Part shown: positions 39,530 through 49,783 of the stretch, piece by piece
How the letters are laid out: the number at the start of each line of letters is the position of its first letter
How positions within the stretch are numbered: position 1 is the first letter of the stretch
Assembly (NCBI GenBank): GCA_918797485.1
Contig: CAKKNE010000004.1
Location: forward strand, 3,968,001-4,032,000
Reading direction: 5' to 3'
Source: Pelagomonas calceolata
Taxonomy: Eukaryota
Length of the DNA stretch: 64,000 nt
Notes under the pieces: model-generated
Databases searched by the model: none
The model's input: only the letters and a program-made list of their open reading frames with translations
What the model was told of the DNA's origin: nothing
Translations under genes and position numbers: made by a program

Positions 39530-41043
39530 ATCACTAGGTCTTGCGGCGCGCCAAATTACACCAGCGATTAGCGCCGCCATCTACCGTCCAAATGGTACAT
39601 CATATCAACTCCAGCCCACTTTTCATCCACAATCGACGGAACCGGAGCCGACGGCCCGCGCTCGGAGGGCGGGAAAAGAATTCTACTAGACAACTCTCGC
39701 GTTTATGTTCGTTTCCTTCCGTTTGTTAGTGGTAGAGTCCATCCAGCCCGCCTCAACATTTACTGAGCCCAGTCTCCTGATCCGTACGAGCCGCGGGATT
39801 CGGCGACTTTGGTACCGCGCGTTTACATCAAGCCGAGTATCAGGGCTAGACCCGCGAATATCAGCGACGCCGCCACCCAGATGGACCATAACGCCGTTGT
39901 TCTATTCACGATCGACCGACTTGCCCGTTCTCCGCGGACGACGGTGCGTACGCGGGGCACTGAATTGGCCCCAGACCGGTGGATTATAAAATAAATTTGC
40001 GTTTCAGGCGCTTCGGTTGCGGGACGGGCCAGCTAATCGGCCTCAGCGTGTACTACATTGCTCAGAGACCCAAAGATGCTCGGCGCGGGTTGTCGGTCTC
40101 GCGAGCCCACGATCTGGTTTAAACGGGCAAACTGAGTGGATCTGCGGCCATCAGCCCGTGTACCATCACCATGGACCATGACGCGATCATTTGTTTCATG
40201 ATCGACCGACTTACGCGAGGTCCAGATCAAGATGTTCACATCCCGAGCGTGGGCAGCCCAAAGTACCCTTCTCGCGGTGTAGATGGCATATACTTGTAAT
40301 TGACTATCGGTGGGGTAGCATGGGGTCCAACGAGACCGCTACGGCGACTACTGGGGGCCCTCGGGTAATTGGCGTTTTTGACGGGAACGGGGCGCCATCG
40401 GGGCCAAATTACTTACTTTTTTTGGATACAGATCGGCTCCAGAACTCCCTCTGGGGTAGGTCTGGTAGTGGGTAGTCGCCTGTGCCGCAAACGCCATCGA
40501 TGCGGCGGCCTAGTGCTCTCGGAGAGCCCTGGAAGCAAACCAGGCCAAAAGATGGCTAAACCGAGTGGTCTGCTGAGAGAATTCGACCAAAAATGATTGA
40601 AGCGGCGGCGTATGCGGTGTAGGCGATTGCACGTGTATAGTACCGACCCTAGGCGACCCCAGGGACACTTATTGGGCAGGGATTGACAGGATTCAACCGG
40701 TGCGGCCGCCTTGGACCGTGGCGGCTCCTCAGCCGCGAATTAAAAAATTTCCTTTTTCGGCCCCCGGTACGTGTCCCATTGATCTCTTTGGACCAGTAGC
40801 GACCCGAACGGTGCTCAGACGACTGCATGTCGCATGTTGTATTCGAAAGCTAGTGTGTCTATGGAGCAAACTGTAAGAATTGTTGGAGGCTTGTTGGGCT
40901 AGATTTACCGCGCATTGTTGGCTAGAAAAGACACAGGAAGCTGTCACAGCGCCAAACGTCGCAGCGAACCTCGAAGAAGATCCATCGCTGCTACACCGGA
41001 CGTCTCCGCCGAGCGCGGGTCATCAGCGTGAAAGGCTGTGAAA

Positions 41044-42277
41044 ATGCGCCTCATCCTCATCACGAGCCTCGCAACGCTCAGCGCAGCAGTCATTACGCCG
41101 GGCGCCGACAAATTGGTCGACGACGCGCTCGACGGCTGCGACGCGTTGCTGGTCAAACAGCTGCGAGCCGAGCGCGACGCCGCCTACAAAGCAAGGGACG
41201 ATGCCGTCGCGGCGAAGGACGCCGCCGAGGCGACCGCGCAGCGCCTCGCCACCGACGAGGCCGCGAAGGCGGCTCAGGAAGCGCGTAGCGACTGCGAGGC
41301 CGCGTCGGTGGCGGCGTTGGAGAAGGCGACCGCCGCGTCGACTTCGGCCCTCGCCGCGTGCGAGGCGTCTTCGGCTGCCGAGCTCGAGAAGGCGACCGCG
41401 GCGTCGGCTGCAGCCCTCACCGCGTGCGAGGCTTCGTCGGCTGCCGAGCTCGAGAAGGCGACCGCGGCGTCGGCCGCGGCCCTCAAGCAAGCCACCGACG
41501 CGAGCGCCGCGGCGACGAAGGACGCGAGCGCGCAGCACGCCGCCGCGCTGAAGGAGGCGACCGACCGGATTGAGGCGCTCGCGCGCGAGAAGGCGTCACT
41601 TGTTGACGAACACGACAGAGCGCTCGCCGCGAAGGATGAATATTATGTTGCGGCCCACTCCGGCGCGCTGGCCGCCAAGGACGAGCAGCACCGCGCGGCC
41701 GTCGAGAGCGTCGAGGAGCTCCTGAACTCGAAGCACGAGGCCGTGCGAGCGTCCCTGGAGCGACGGCTGAAGGACGACACGGAGGCGCTGGCGAAGCGCC
41801 ACGCCGAGGAGCTCGCGCGCGACGCAGAAGAGGACGCCGTGGAGCTCCAAGAGGCGGTCACCGCGGCCATCAAATCGCAGAACGAAAAGTAGGCTCTCCG
41901 CGTTCTCGACGGGGCCTTCACATAGATGCGAAGTCGCGGCGATGGCGTGCTGGTGAGTAGATGTACTCTGGACGCCATCGTTACGATGTCTTTCACGCAG
42001 GCACGCGCAAGTCATCGAGGCCGAGCTCAAGCGCCAGGAGAGCGACTTCCTCGTGTGGCACGGAGATGAACTACGACGGCGACGGCCGCACAACCGGCTC
42101 AAGAAATTAGTGGGATCGATCCGCAAGGGCAACGCCGCGAAGGACCAGAAGACTCTATCGTTCCGGCGAACCGAGGAGGGCGCCGAGCCGGACGTGCAGG
42201 TGAGCCAGGAGTCGCCGCCGTCCGAGCCGAAGAAGAAGGGGCTCTTTCGCCGAATCTCGAAGAAGTCTAAGGAATAG
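41044..42277 (+). CDS. Signal-peptide Ala/Glu-rich coiled-coil protein with 20-aa tandem repeats, 373 aa; exons 41044-41888 and 42001-42277
   Basis: MRLILITSLATLSAA signal; three copies of CEASSAAELEKATAASAAAL; GT-AG intron 41889-42000. Confidence 0.75.
41294..41490 (+). repeat. 60-bp coding tandem repeat, about 3 copies
   Basis: TGCGAGGC...GAGAAGGCGACCGC.GCGTCG...GCCCTC recurs at a 60-bp period. Confidence 0.85.
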
Positions 42278-42279
42278 TA

Positions 42280-42847
42280 CTAGCACTTCCTACGCAAGAA
42301 GAGGAACGGGTAGTGGTTCCCGCATGGATCGCCCGTCTGCCGCCGGACGTGCTCGAAGCCATTCTCCACCATCCACCTCCGGCCGAACTCGGGCCAGCAC
42401 CGCGGCCCGCTGCCCGTGAAGACGTCTCCGAGTAGGTCCGTGATGAACAACACGCCGCCGCATTTCACGTGGCGGCCCAGGTTGTCGAACGCGACCCGCC
42501 AGAGCTTGAGCGCGCACGCGTCGGGTGCCTGGAGCGCGGCCTTGCGTTCCGCGGCCGTCTGCTTCTGGTGTTCGTTGAACATGTTCTTGTGGCGCCGCGC
42601 GAGTTGCTGCTTGAGTTCGAAGCGATTGCGGACTGTGAGGCGCCTCTGCGCCTTGGGACAGAACTCGTCGAGGCGGTCGGCGGTTTTTCTCGGGACGGTG
42701 TGGTGGATGCCCTCGGCCTGGAAGACGACGTCGAACGTGCATTTCTGACAGAAAGGAAGCGGATCCAACCATGACCAATCGAAGATCAACGACCCGCGCT
42801 CCGACGCGACGCGCGCCATCGAACAATCGTAGAAGCCGAACGCCACG
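42280..42847 (-). pseudogene. 5'-truncated methyltransferase-like gene fragment
   Basis: Coding-like frame (FDVVF...LGRHVKCGGVLFITD) whose 5' end runs directly into the direct repeat at 42848. Confidence 0.5.
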
Positions 42848-43802
42848 AAAGAGGAATTTAATACAGCACCACGGCCAGCCCCGGCGGGAGAAAGGAAGTT
42901 CATAACACCGGAAAGAACCTGAGAGAGGCAGCGTCGCAACCTGGTCCTGCGCGCGCGGGGTTGGGCGGGGAGGGGCTGGTGGGTGAGAGCGCGTTGGCCA
43001 TGGCAACCCGAATTTTGTGCTTTTATCTATTTGTTGCCTTCGGCATATAAGTCCCGGACGTAACACGTTCTCCGGTTCCTGAGGAAGTAGAGAAACGTAT
43101 TCGCCACGAGAACCTTTGAAGATGAACTTGTTCAGGACGGCAGGAAATGGCGGCGCGGCGCGTCTGACAACGCCTCGCATTCGAGACTTGCTCCGCAAGC
43201 CCACACGGCAAGCGGCATCCGACCTCCAGCCATACGCCTAGGCGAAGCTGACAACGTCCCGCATTCGCGACTTGCTCCGAAGGTCCATATGACCGACGGC
43301 GTCCGCATATCTCAGCCTAAACCATCCCTAAGAGCATGGAGCACGGACGGCGCACGGACGGCAGCTAACGGGGTGTAAACGAAGAAATCCGAGCAGCAAA
43401 CGCGTTGGTATCAGAGGCTTCGAGCGTGGCGGAACCACCAGGCTAGGAGCCCGGGTATGCGCGTCGTTCGTCGCCAAGAGCGTCAAGATATTTACATTTG
43501 TTTGGGTCAGCTTCTTGGGAGGTCGAAACCCCTATCGCCAGCTTAAGACCCACCCTCTGGTTCGCACCTTGCCCGTCCTCCGGAGAGCGGCTAGGCGGTC
43601 CCCCTCAAGAGCACCCCAAAAGAGGAATTTAATACAGCACCACGGCCAGCCCCGGCGGGAGAAAGGAAGTTCATAACACCGGAAAGAACCTGAGAGAGGC
43701 AGCGTCGCAACCTGGTCCTGCGCGCGCGGGGTTGGGCGGGGAGGGGCTGGTGGGTGAGAGCGCGTTGGCCATGGCAACCCGAATTTTGTGCTTTTATCTA
43801 TT
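42848..43802 (+). mobile_element. Non-coding ~955 bp element with 184-bp terminal direct repeats (42848-43031 and 43619-43802); TRIM/retro-like
   Basis: The two repeats read as identical; internal TGGTATCAGAG at 43406-43416 (tRNA-iMet PBS-like); internal 32-bp repeat pair at 43164 and 43248; both neighbouring genes are cut at its ends. Confidence 0.7.
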
Positions 43803-44842
43803 GTGACGCAACTTGCCAACACGACCACTGGCGCCGCGGCCATAAGCAGATTTGTAAAAGAATCCACCGCGGCGGCAACGCGGAACAGTATAATGCCGAC
43901 AAAAAATACAAGGAGGCCGTCGCGACCGCGGTCGAGGCGTGCGCCGACGACACGAAGGGCCAGACGTGCTACATCTGCACGCAGGCCCTCCATTGGAAGA
44001 CGAAGGAGGGGCTCGTGCGCGGGTGTGCGTGCCGCGGGACGGCGGGTTTTGCGCACGTGTCGTGCTTGGCGGAGCAGGCGAAGATTTTGTATGCGGAGGC
44101 CGAGGAGAACAACTTGGGGGCCAAGGCGTTGGATGATCGGTGGCGGCGGTGGAACACATGCAGTCTGTGCGAGCAAAAGTACCACGGCGCCGTGCGGGGC
44201 GCGCTTGGGTGGGCGTGCTGGAAGACGTACGTGGGACGGCCCGAGGGGGAACTGCTGATCAGTGCGATGAGGCAGCTTGGGAACGGTTTATCCGTCACAA
44301 AGCACCAGGAGGACGCGCTGTCCGTGGAAGAGGCTGAGTTGTCTATGCTGCGGCGCCTTGGCGTATCAGAACACCACGTACTCACCACGCAGGGCAATAT
44401 TGCGGTCACGTATGAGAAACTCGGACGGTATGAAGAGGCCTTAAATATGTTTCGAGACGTATACTCTGGAGAGTTGAAACTCCATGGCGCGGAGCGCGAA
44501 GAGACCCTCCGAGCAGCGAACAACTACGCGCACATCCTTGTTAGACTAGAGCGCTTCGAGGAAGCAAAGGCACTGTTCCGCAGAACAATACCCGTGACGA
44601 GACGTGTTCTCGGAGATAATCATAGACTGGCGCTTAGAATGAGGTCGAATTACGCGGAGGCGTTCTTCAAGGACAACGGCGCCACGCTCGACGAGCTTCG
44701 CGAAGCCGTGACGTCGCTTGAGGAGACGAAACGGATCGCGAGGCGCGTGTTCGGCGGCGCGAATCCGATCGTAGTGGAGATAGAGAGCCATCTGCGACGA
44801 GCCACCCTCCGCGCCCGCGAAACGCCGCCGAGCAATGGGTAA
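43799..44842 (+). pseudogene. 5'-truncated MYND-finger + RING-variant + kinesin-light-chain-type TPR gene
   Basis: Begins at YCDATCQHDHW...HKQIC, only the second half of a MYND finger, with no in-frame ATG upstream; CYIC...CACRG...HVSCL...CSLC RINGv; TPR-like NIAVTYEKLGRYEEAL. Confidence 0.7.
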
Positions 44843-44864
44843 CTACAAATATTACACCACAACA

Positions 44865-45674
44865 CTAGCCCCGCCGGTACAAGACGCCGTGCCCCTTCGG
44901 CCGCGCAAGGTCCGCGTCCAGCTCCCCGTCCGCGCCAATAGCGTCGAAGTAGCCCCCCAACAAAAACGCCGTCGGCCCGCCATAGATGTTCTCCATGTGC
45001 GGATCATACAACCGGCGGAACAGAAAGCGGAAGTCGAAGGACACGCGCGTGATGCCCGAGTCGTTCGCGACTGTATAATGGCGGCACCGGTTGCCCCAGA
45101 ACAGGACCGCTTCTCCATAATTCACCGCGAAGGGCGCGTAGTCGCCGATGCCCGGCGCCGGCTCGCACCACAGGGAGTTCGAGCCGCCGCATTCTACCAA
45201 AGGCAGCCACACGTTCAGCTCAAATTCCGAATGGCCGTAGTCCGCGTCGCAGTGGGGTCTTCCAGTAGGATTCGGCGACGGCGCGTGGCAGCGGAAGCTC
45301 GGCTCGCGCTGGAAGACGAGGCCATCCTCACATAACGTCGAGCCGTGCCGCGCGCAGACCTCCCGCACGTGCGGCAGCACGACCTCTTGGAGGAACGAGA
45401 GGTACGCGGCGAGGATGCGCTCTCGTACATCCGGCGACCGCGTCGTCCACTTCCGCAGCCACGGCGCGCCGGCGCCGCGGCTCCCGCCGCGGCTGCGCCC
45501 GTCCGTCGCCGGTTCCAACGTTTGTAACGCCTCGACGCCCATCGCGTCGACGACGGGACTCCGCCAGTCGTGCTCTTGCGTGTCGTACGTCAACGTGCGT
45601 TGGGTGCGCAGCTCGGCGAGCGCTGCGCGATCCTCCGGCGTCAACGCGTCGCCGGCGGAGGCAAGTGCAGCCAT
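44865..45674 (-). CDS. Putative Fe(II)/2OG dioxygenase-fold protein (PhyH/StrG-like)
   Basis: FQREPSFRCH...PHCDADYGH...NVWLPL, RHYTVAN...RVSFDFR. Confidence 0.7.
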   Translation of the reverse strand: MAALASAGDALTPEDRAALAELRTQRTLTYDTQEHDWRSPVVDAMGVEALQTLEPATDGRSRGGSRGAGAPWLRKWTTRSPDVRERILAAYLSFLQEVVLPHVREVCARHGSTLCEDGLVFQREPSFRCHAPSPNPTGRPHCDADYGHSEFELNVWLPLVECGGSNSLWCEPAPGIGDYAPFAVNYGEAVLFWGNRCRHYTVANDSGITRVSFDFRFLFRRLYDPHMENIYGGPTAFLLGGYFDAIGADGELDADLARPKGHGVLYRRG

Positions 45675-46001
45675 GCTCTCTGCAAGCCTGCTCAGCACTG
45701 GCGGCAACGCGAGTCGGTGCCGGCACCAATGCGACGGGCAGTCTATGCAGAGCACTTATATGCTTCAACTGGCATAAACGCGCAGCACTAGCGCTCCCAT
45801 GCAGGCCTGCATGCCGCTCAGCTGCAGCACAGCACCTGCTGGCTTTAGTGCAGCGAGCCCGCGGAGCCATCGCGGCTGCATCAAACTGAGCTCGGGCGTC
45901 GCATAGATCATAAAAAAGCAGCCACAAGCAGCGTCAGCGCGCGGCAGCGACGCACACGCGCTGGGACAGGCAGCCTGCACGCTGCACCCAAAACAAGAGC
46001 C

Positions 46002-46763
46002 ATGCTGCTCCGCCACGCGCGCCGCTGGTGGCCCCTCGTCGTGCTTAGGAGGGCCTCGGCGCTGGCCGCCAACGAGCAGTGGACCAAGGTCGACGTCGGC
46101 GGCAAGACGGCGAAGCTCCGCGTCGACTACTTCGACACTCCGATGAAGCAGCCGAAGGCGAAAAAGGGGAAAATAGCGGACCGCACGGGGTGCCGGCCGT
46201 GGCCCGTCGCGCGGCCGCTGCTGGCGCATCTGTGTGCGGATGTCATTCCGGACCTGGAACGCGACTTGGGCCGGCCGCCACGCGTGCTCGAGCTCGGAAG
46301 CGGCGTTGGTTTGTTGGGCGTCGGGTTGGCGATGACGACTGATTGCGACGTTACCTTAACCGATCCTGATATCGAGACGAACTTCTCCGACGGTACCCGC
46401 ATGTCGACGCTCGAGTGGCTCCAGCGGAATATCGAGCTCAACGTGGACTCGAAGCGCGCGCGGGCGAAACGCCTGGTCTGGGGCAGCGTCGACGACGCGA
46501 GGGCGCTCCTGCGCGACGGCGGCTTCGATCTGTTGGTCGGGAGCGACTTGTTGTACGACACCGCGAACTACGGCCCGCTCGTCGACTCGATCGTGGCCCT
46601 CGCGCCGGCGCGCGGCGCCGTCCTCGGCTACGTGACGCGCCACGGCGCCGAGGGGGACCTCGCCGAGCTCGCGGCGGCGCGCGGCTTCGTCGCGGAATCG
46701 ATTCCGCTCGTCGGCGAGGGCCTCACGAAGGCCGCGACGGCGACAGCGCTGACGAGGCGTTGA
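46002..46763 (+). CDS. METTL21/Methyltransf_16-family protein methyltransferase
   Basis: TG..PWP.A, VLELGSGVGLLG, LVWG, FDLLVGSDLLY. Confidence 0.88.
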   Translation: MLLRHARRWWPLVVLRRASALAANEQWTKVDVGGKTAKLRVDYFDTPMKQPKAKKGKIADRTGCRPWPVARPLLAHLCADVIPDLERDLGRPPRVLELGSGVGLLGVGLAMTTDCDVTLTDPDIETNFSDGTRMSTLEWLQRNIELNVDSKRARAKRLVWGSVDDARALLRDGGFDLLVGSDLLYDTANYGPLVDSIVALAPARGAVLGYVTRHGAEGDLAELAAARGFVAESIPLVGEGLTKAATATALTRR

Positions 46764-46931
46764 TTGGGTAATTGTCCTGTGATCTAGTTGCCTACTGCGC
46801 TCGGTGGGGGTCAATCAGATTGCGACGAAGTGGGCCTTCATGCCGCGCCATCCGCCGTCGCGGCTGTGATTTTGAGGCGGCGCGGCTGCCCTTTGATCTT
46901 TCGACGCCGGCGCTCCATCAACGAAAGCATC

Positions 46932-48155
46932 ATGCTTGCCGTGCAGCGGTCCCCGCCCGCGCCGACGCGCTTGCTGCCCTGGTCTCTGCCGAGTGACACC
47001 TGGGCCTCGCCACCGAGAGGTATTGGTTTCGTGCCGGTCGAGTCACCGCCGCGCACCGTTCAGGAGTACGTCATGCAAGCAGCGAGGCCCTCGGCGCCGG
47101 AGCCGCAACCGGTGCTCGACGCGCCGTCGCACGACCTCCGCGAGGGCAGCGATGAGGTGGACGCGGCCGCCGTCGCCTTAAGGCAGCTCGAGTCCATCGT
47201 CCAAATGCCCGAGCCGCCGCCGCCGAAGGCGCTCACGCGACAGAATTCTGCGCACGTGGTCGAGAAATTCCGGGAACGCGGCGACGTGAGCCGGGAGGAG
47301 ATCACCGAGGCCATGCGCGAAGAAAAGCACACGCAGGCGTCGTACGGGCAGCTCGGGGGCATGATGTCGGGCCTGCTCGGTCCCAACACGTTCCGCGCCG
47401 ACTACGCCACTACGCGGGTTGCAGGGCGGAGCCGGTGCAAGAAGTGCCGCAAGCTGTTCGCCGCGGGCGACGTCCGCGTCGGCAAGCGGCCGCCGCGCGT
47501 GCGCCAGGACGTCCCGGCCGTGCGCGTCCACTGGTACCACCCCGCCTGCATCTTCAAGTCGTTTGAGCGTGCGGCCTACAAGACGAAGACCCTCGAACGC
47601 GTCGGCGACGTCGAGGGGTTTGACAATCTGCAGGACCCGGACCGCGCAGACCTCGCGGCGCGGATTGCCGCCTGGAGCGCGCGCCGTGCGGCGCAATTCG
47701 CGCACTACAATCCGAAGAAAGGCAAAGGCAAGAAACGGAAAGTAACGAGCCTGCCCGACAATTTGCCGTCGATGGTCGATGACGAGGCGGGCTTCCGCGC
47801 GGCCTGCGGCCTCCTCGCCGCGGGCCTCGAGGCCGATGCGCCGCTTTCGAAGAAGGCAGGAGTCCTCGGCTTCCTCGCGCGGAAGAAGCGGCGCTCCGAC
47901 CCGGTACCCTTGCCGAGCGCCGAGCGCCGATCTGCGCGCGCACGGACGCCGAAGGTGATCTACGACGCCCCGGACAGTCGATGCCCGGCAAAAGGGGGGC
48001 CGGGCTGCTGCCCGGCCAGGGCTAATAATGCTCGGCCGAGCGCCGAGGCGCTCAAGCTGCGGGAGGAGCTCGAATCCTTGAAGAAGGAGAACGCGAAGCT
48101 TAAGGCGCCCGCCCTCTGCGCCGAGGACGCGTCGCTCCTCGACGCGCTCCTCTAG
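46932..48155 (+). CDS. PARP-type zinc-finger protein
   Basis: DYA....GRSRCKKC...VRVG...WYHPACIF...VEGFDNLQDPDR; basic NLS-like clusters. Confidence 0.8.
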   Translation: MLAVQRSPPAPTRLLPWSLPSDTWASPPRGIGFVPVESPPRTVQEYVMQAARPSAPEPQPVLDAPSHDLREGSDEVDAAAVALRQLESIVQMPEPPPPKALTRQNSAHVVEKFRERGDVSREEITEAMREEKHTQASYGQLGGMMSGLLGPNTFRADYATTRVAGRSRCKKCRKLFAAGDVRVGKRPPRVRQDVPAVRVHWYHPACIFKSFERAAYKTKTLERVGDVEGFDNLQDPDRADLAARIAAWSARRAAQFAHYNPKKGKGKKRKVTSLPDNLPSMVDDEAGFRAACGLLAAGLEADAPLSKKAGVLGFLARKKRRSDPVPLPSAERRSARARTPKVIYDAPDSRCPAKGGPGCCPARANNARPSAEALKLREELESLKKENAKLKAPALCAEDASLLDALL

Positions 48156-48189
48156 CGCGCTCGCCCCCCTGTTTCCTACACATGTATTA

Positions 48190-48585
48190 CTAGAAGAACC
48201 CCTTCGCGTGAGCGTTGTCGCGGAAGCCCGCCCGCCGCAGCGACCGATTGTGGCGCGCGACGGAGTCGGGGTCCATGTTCGAGCCGTCCCAGTTCGACCA
48301 CTTGGCTTTGTCGCGCTCCCGCGCCGCGTCGACCTTCTCGCCGTTTCGATAGACGATGCTCGTCCGCCCTTTTTGCGAAGCGGGCCGCCGCGGCGTCGTC
48401 ATGCGCAGGTACGCGATGCGACCGTCGAAGGCGTCGACCAAACGCGCCGCCTCGGCCGGGTCGGAGACGTCTCGGAAAAAGGCCAGCTCGGACCGCGCTT
48501 GTTGTATGGCTGCGCCCCTCTGCTGTTTGGGCATGGCGGCCACGACGCGCAGGAAGGCGCGGTAGCTGTGGAGAGCCGCACTCAT
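48190..48585 (-). CDS. LYR-motif-like mitochondrial protein
   Basis: ALHSYRAFLR...ARSEL...RDVSDP pattern; 131-aa ATG ORF. Confidence 0.65.
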   Translation of the reverse strand: MSAALHSYRAFLRVVAAMPKQQRGAAIQQARSELAFFRDVSDPAEAARLVDAFDGRIAYLRMTTPRRPASQKGRTSIVYRNGEKVDAARERDKAKWSNWDGSNMDPDSVARHNRSLRRAGFRDNAHAKGFF

Positions 48586-48800
48586 TTATGTGACGAGGTG
48601 TGTGCCGGCAGCGCGCTTTTGGCTACTCGGTGGCAGATGCTGCACAGCAAGAGATGATTAGTGGTGCGCCGGCAGCGCGAAATTGGTACTCCCGTGGCAC
48701 GCTTCGATAAATTCCGCACCGCAAGAATGCTTAGCGATGGTCTGCACTTTCGTACGACGGGTACGACGTCAAAAAGCTGGCGCTGCGGCAAAAAATCCAG

Positions 48801-48821
48801 CTAGCGCACTTGACACACTAG
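48801..48821 (-). promoter_or_regulatory. Variant CTAG-bounded motif (CTAGTGTGTCAAGTGCGCTAG)
   Basis: Between divergent starts 48585(-) and 48912(+). Confidence 0.55.
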
Positions 48822-48911
48822 GCATCCCTAGGCTTTACGCCTCCGTGCCTTGTCTAGCCCTTGTCTAGCCTAGCCTAGCTACCCGAACAATCAAGACGCT
48901 TAGTTTTGGTG

Positions 48912-49727
48912 ATGACGGCCCTTTACGTATTGCCGCGCGATGTTCTGGCGCGATGCCTAGAGTTTTTGCCCTTTGATCAAGCCCTGGAGGTAAAACAGGT
49001 CTCAAAAGTAGTGAGGTCCGCGGCGCGGCGGGCTCTGACTGGCCGGTGGCGGTCGATAATGTTCGTGGAAGAGCAGGGCCTCGACCTGATTGAAAATTCA
49101 ACGCCAAGCGAATGGTCCGAGCCTCGACGAGTCGAGGTGCGCCGGGCGCTGGCGACGTTTCGGGCTGCGTGGGAGCTCGACGCCGGCCTGGTCGTCTTTG
49201 AGATTGCCCAGTGGTCCGACGAGTGTTATAGGCGCTTTCTCGCGCTCGTCGAGCCAAACATCGATGGTTTGTCGAGGGTCGTCGCCGCCTGCGAACGCAC
49301 CTACTGCTTCAAGACTAACTCTATCGCCAATACTTACCGCGGGATTCACGTCCCCTACCGCGTCGCTTGGCCCGGGGACATGTTGCTCGCGTGGTCAGAA
49401 CGCGTAGGCCGCCAGCTGAGGCTCCTCGTGGACGACGATATGGACGAGGAGCTCGTCGAGCAGGGCCTCTATATCAAGGATTCGGACGAAGGAGGATATT
49501 GGGGGCGCAAATTATTTGGTTCGGGGCTGGGGGAGTGGGCGGATCCGGAACTCGCTGCGTATTTCGTTTTCCATCTCGTGGAGCGCTTGCCGGAGCCTAC
49601 CGGCTTCGAATTCGTTGATTTCGATGATTACTGGGACTGGTCGGCCAACTGGTGGGATCGATACAAGTCGTCCGATTTCCTGAGTACTGCGCAGGAGATT
49701 ATAGCCCGCGAGAGTCAGTGGCCATAG
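48912..49727 (+). CDS. F-box-like protein
   Basis: N-terminal LPRDVLARCLEFLP......VKQVSK. Confidence 0.65.
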   Translation: MTALYVLPRDVLARCLEFLPFDQALEVKQVSKVVRSAARRALTGRWRSIMFVEEQGLDLIENSTPSEWSEPRRVEVRRALATFRAAWELDAGLVVFEIAQWSDECYRRFLALVEPNIDGLSRVVAACERTYCFKTNSIANTYRGIHVPYRVAWPGDMLLAWSERVGRQLRLLVDDDMDEELVEQGLYIKDSDEGGYWGRKLFGSGLGEWADPELAAYFVFHLVERLPEPTGFEFVDFDDYWDWSANWWDRYKSSDFLSTAQEIIARESQWP

Positions 49728-49783
49728 AGCCTCCCCGCATAAGGCAGTTAGTTAGTTGGCTTAAACAGAAACTCATACCTAAT

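Noticed and set aside
43406..43420. tRNA gene at TGGTATCAGAG
   Set aside because: Only the 3'-end complement including CCA is present; no cloverleaf seen, so treated as PBS-like
48852..48880. Short CTAGC tandem run
   Set aside because: Only 3-4 units; does not match the bipartite motif and is too short to interpret
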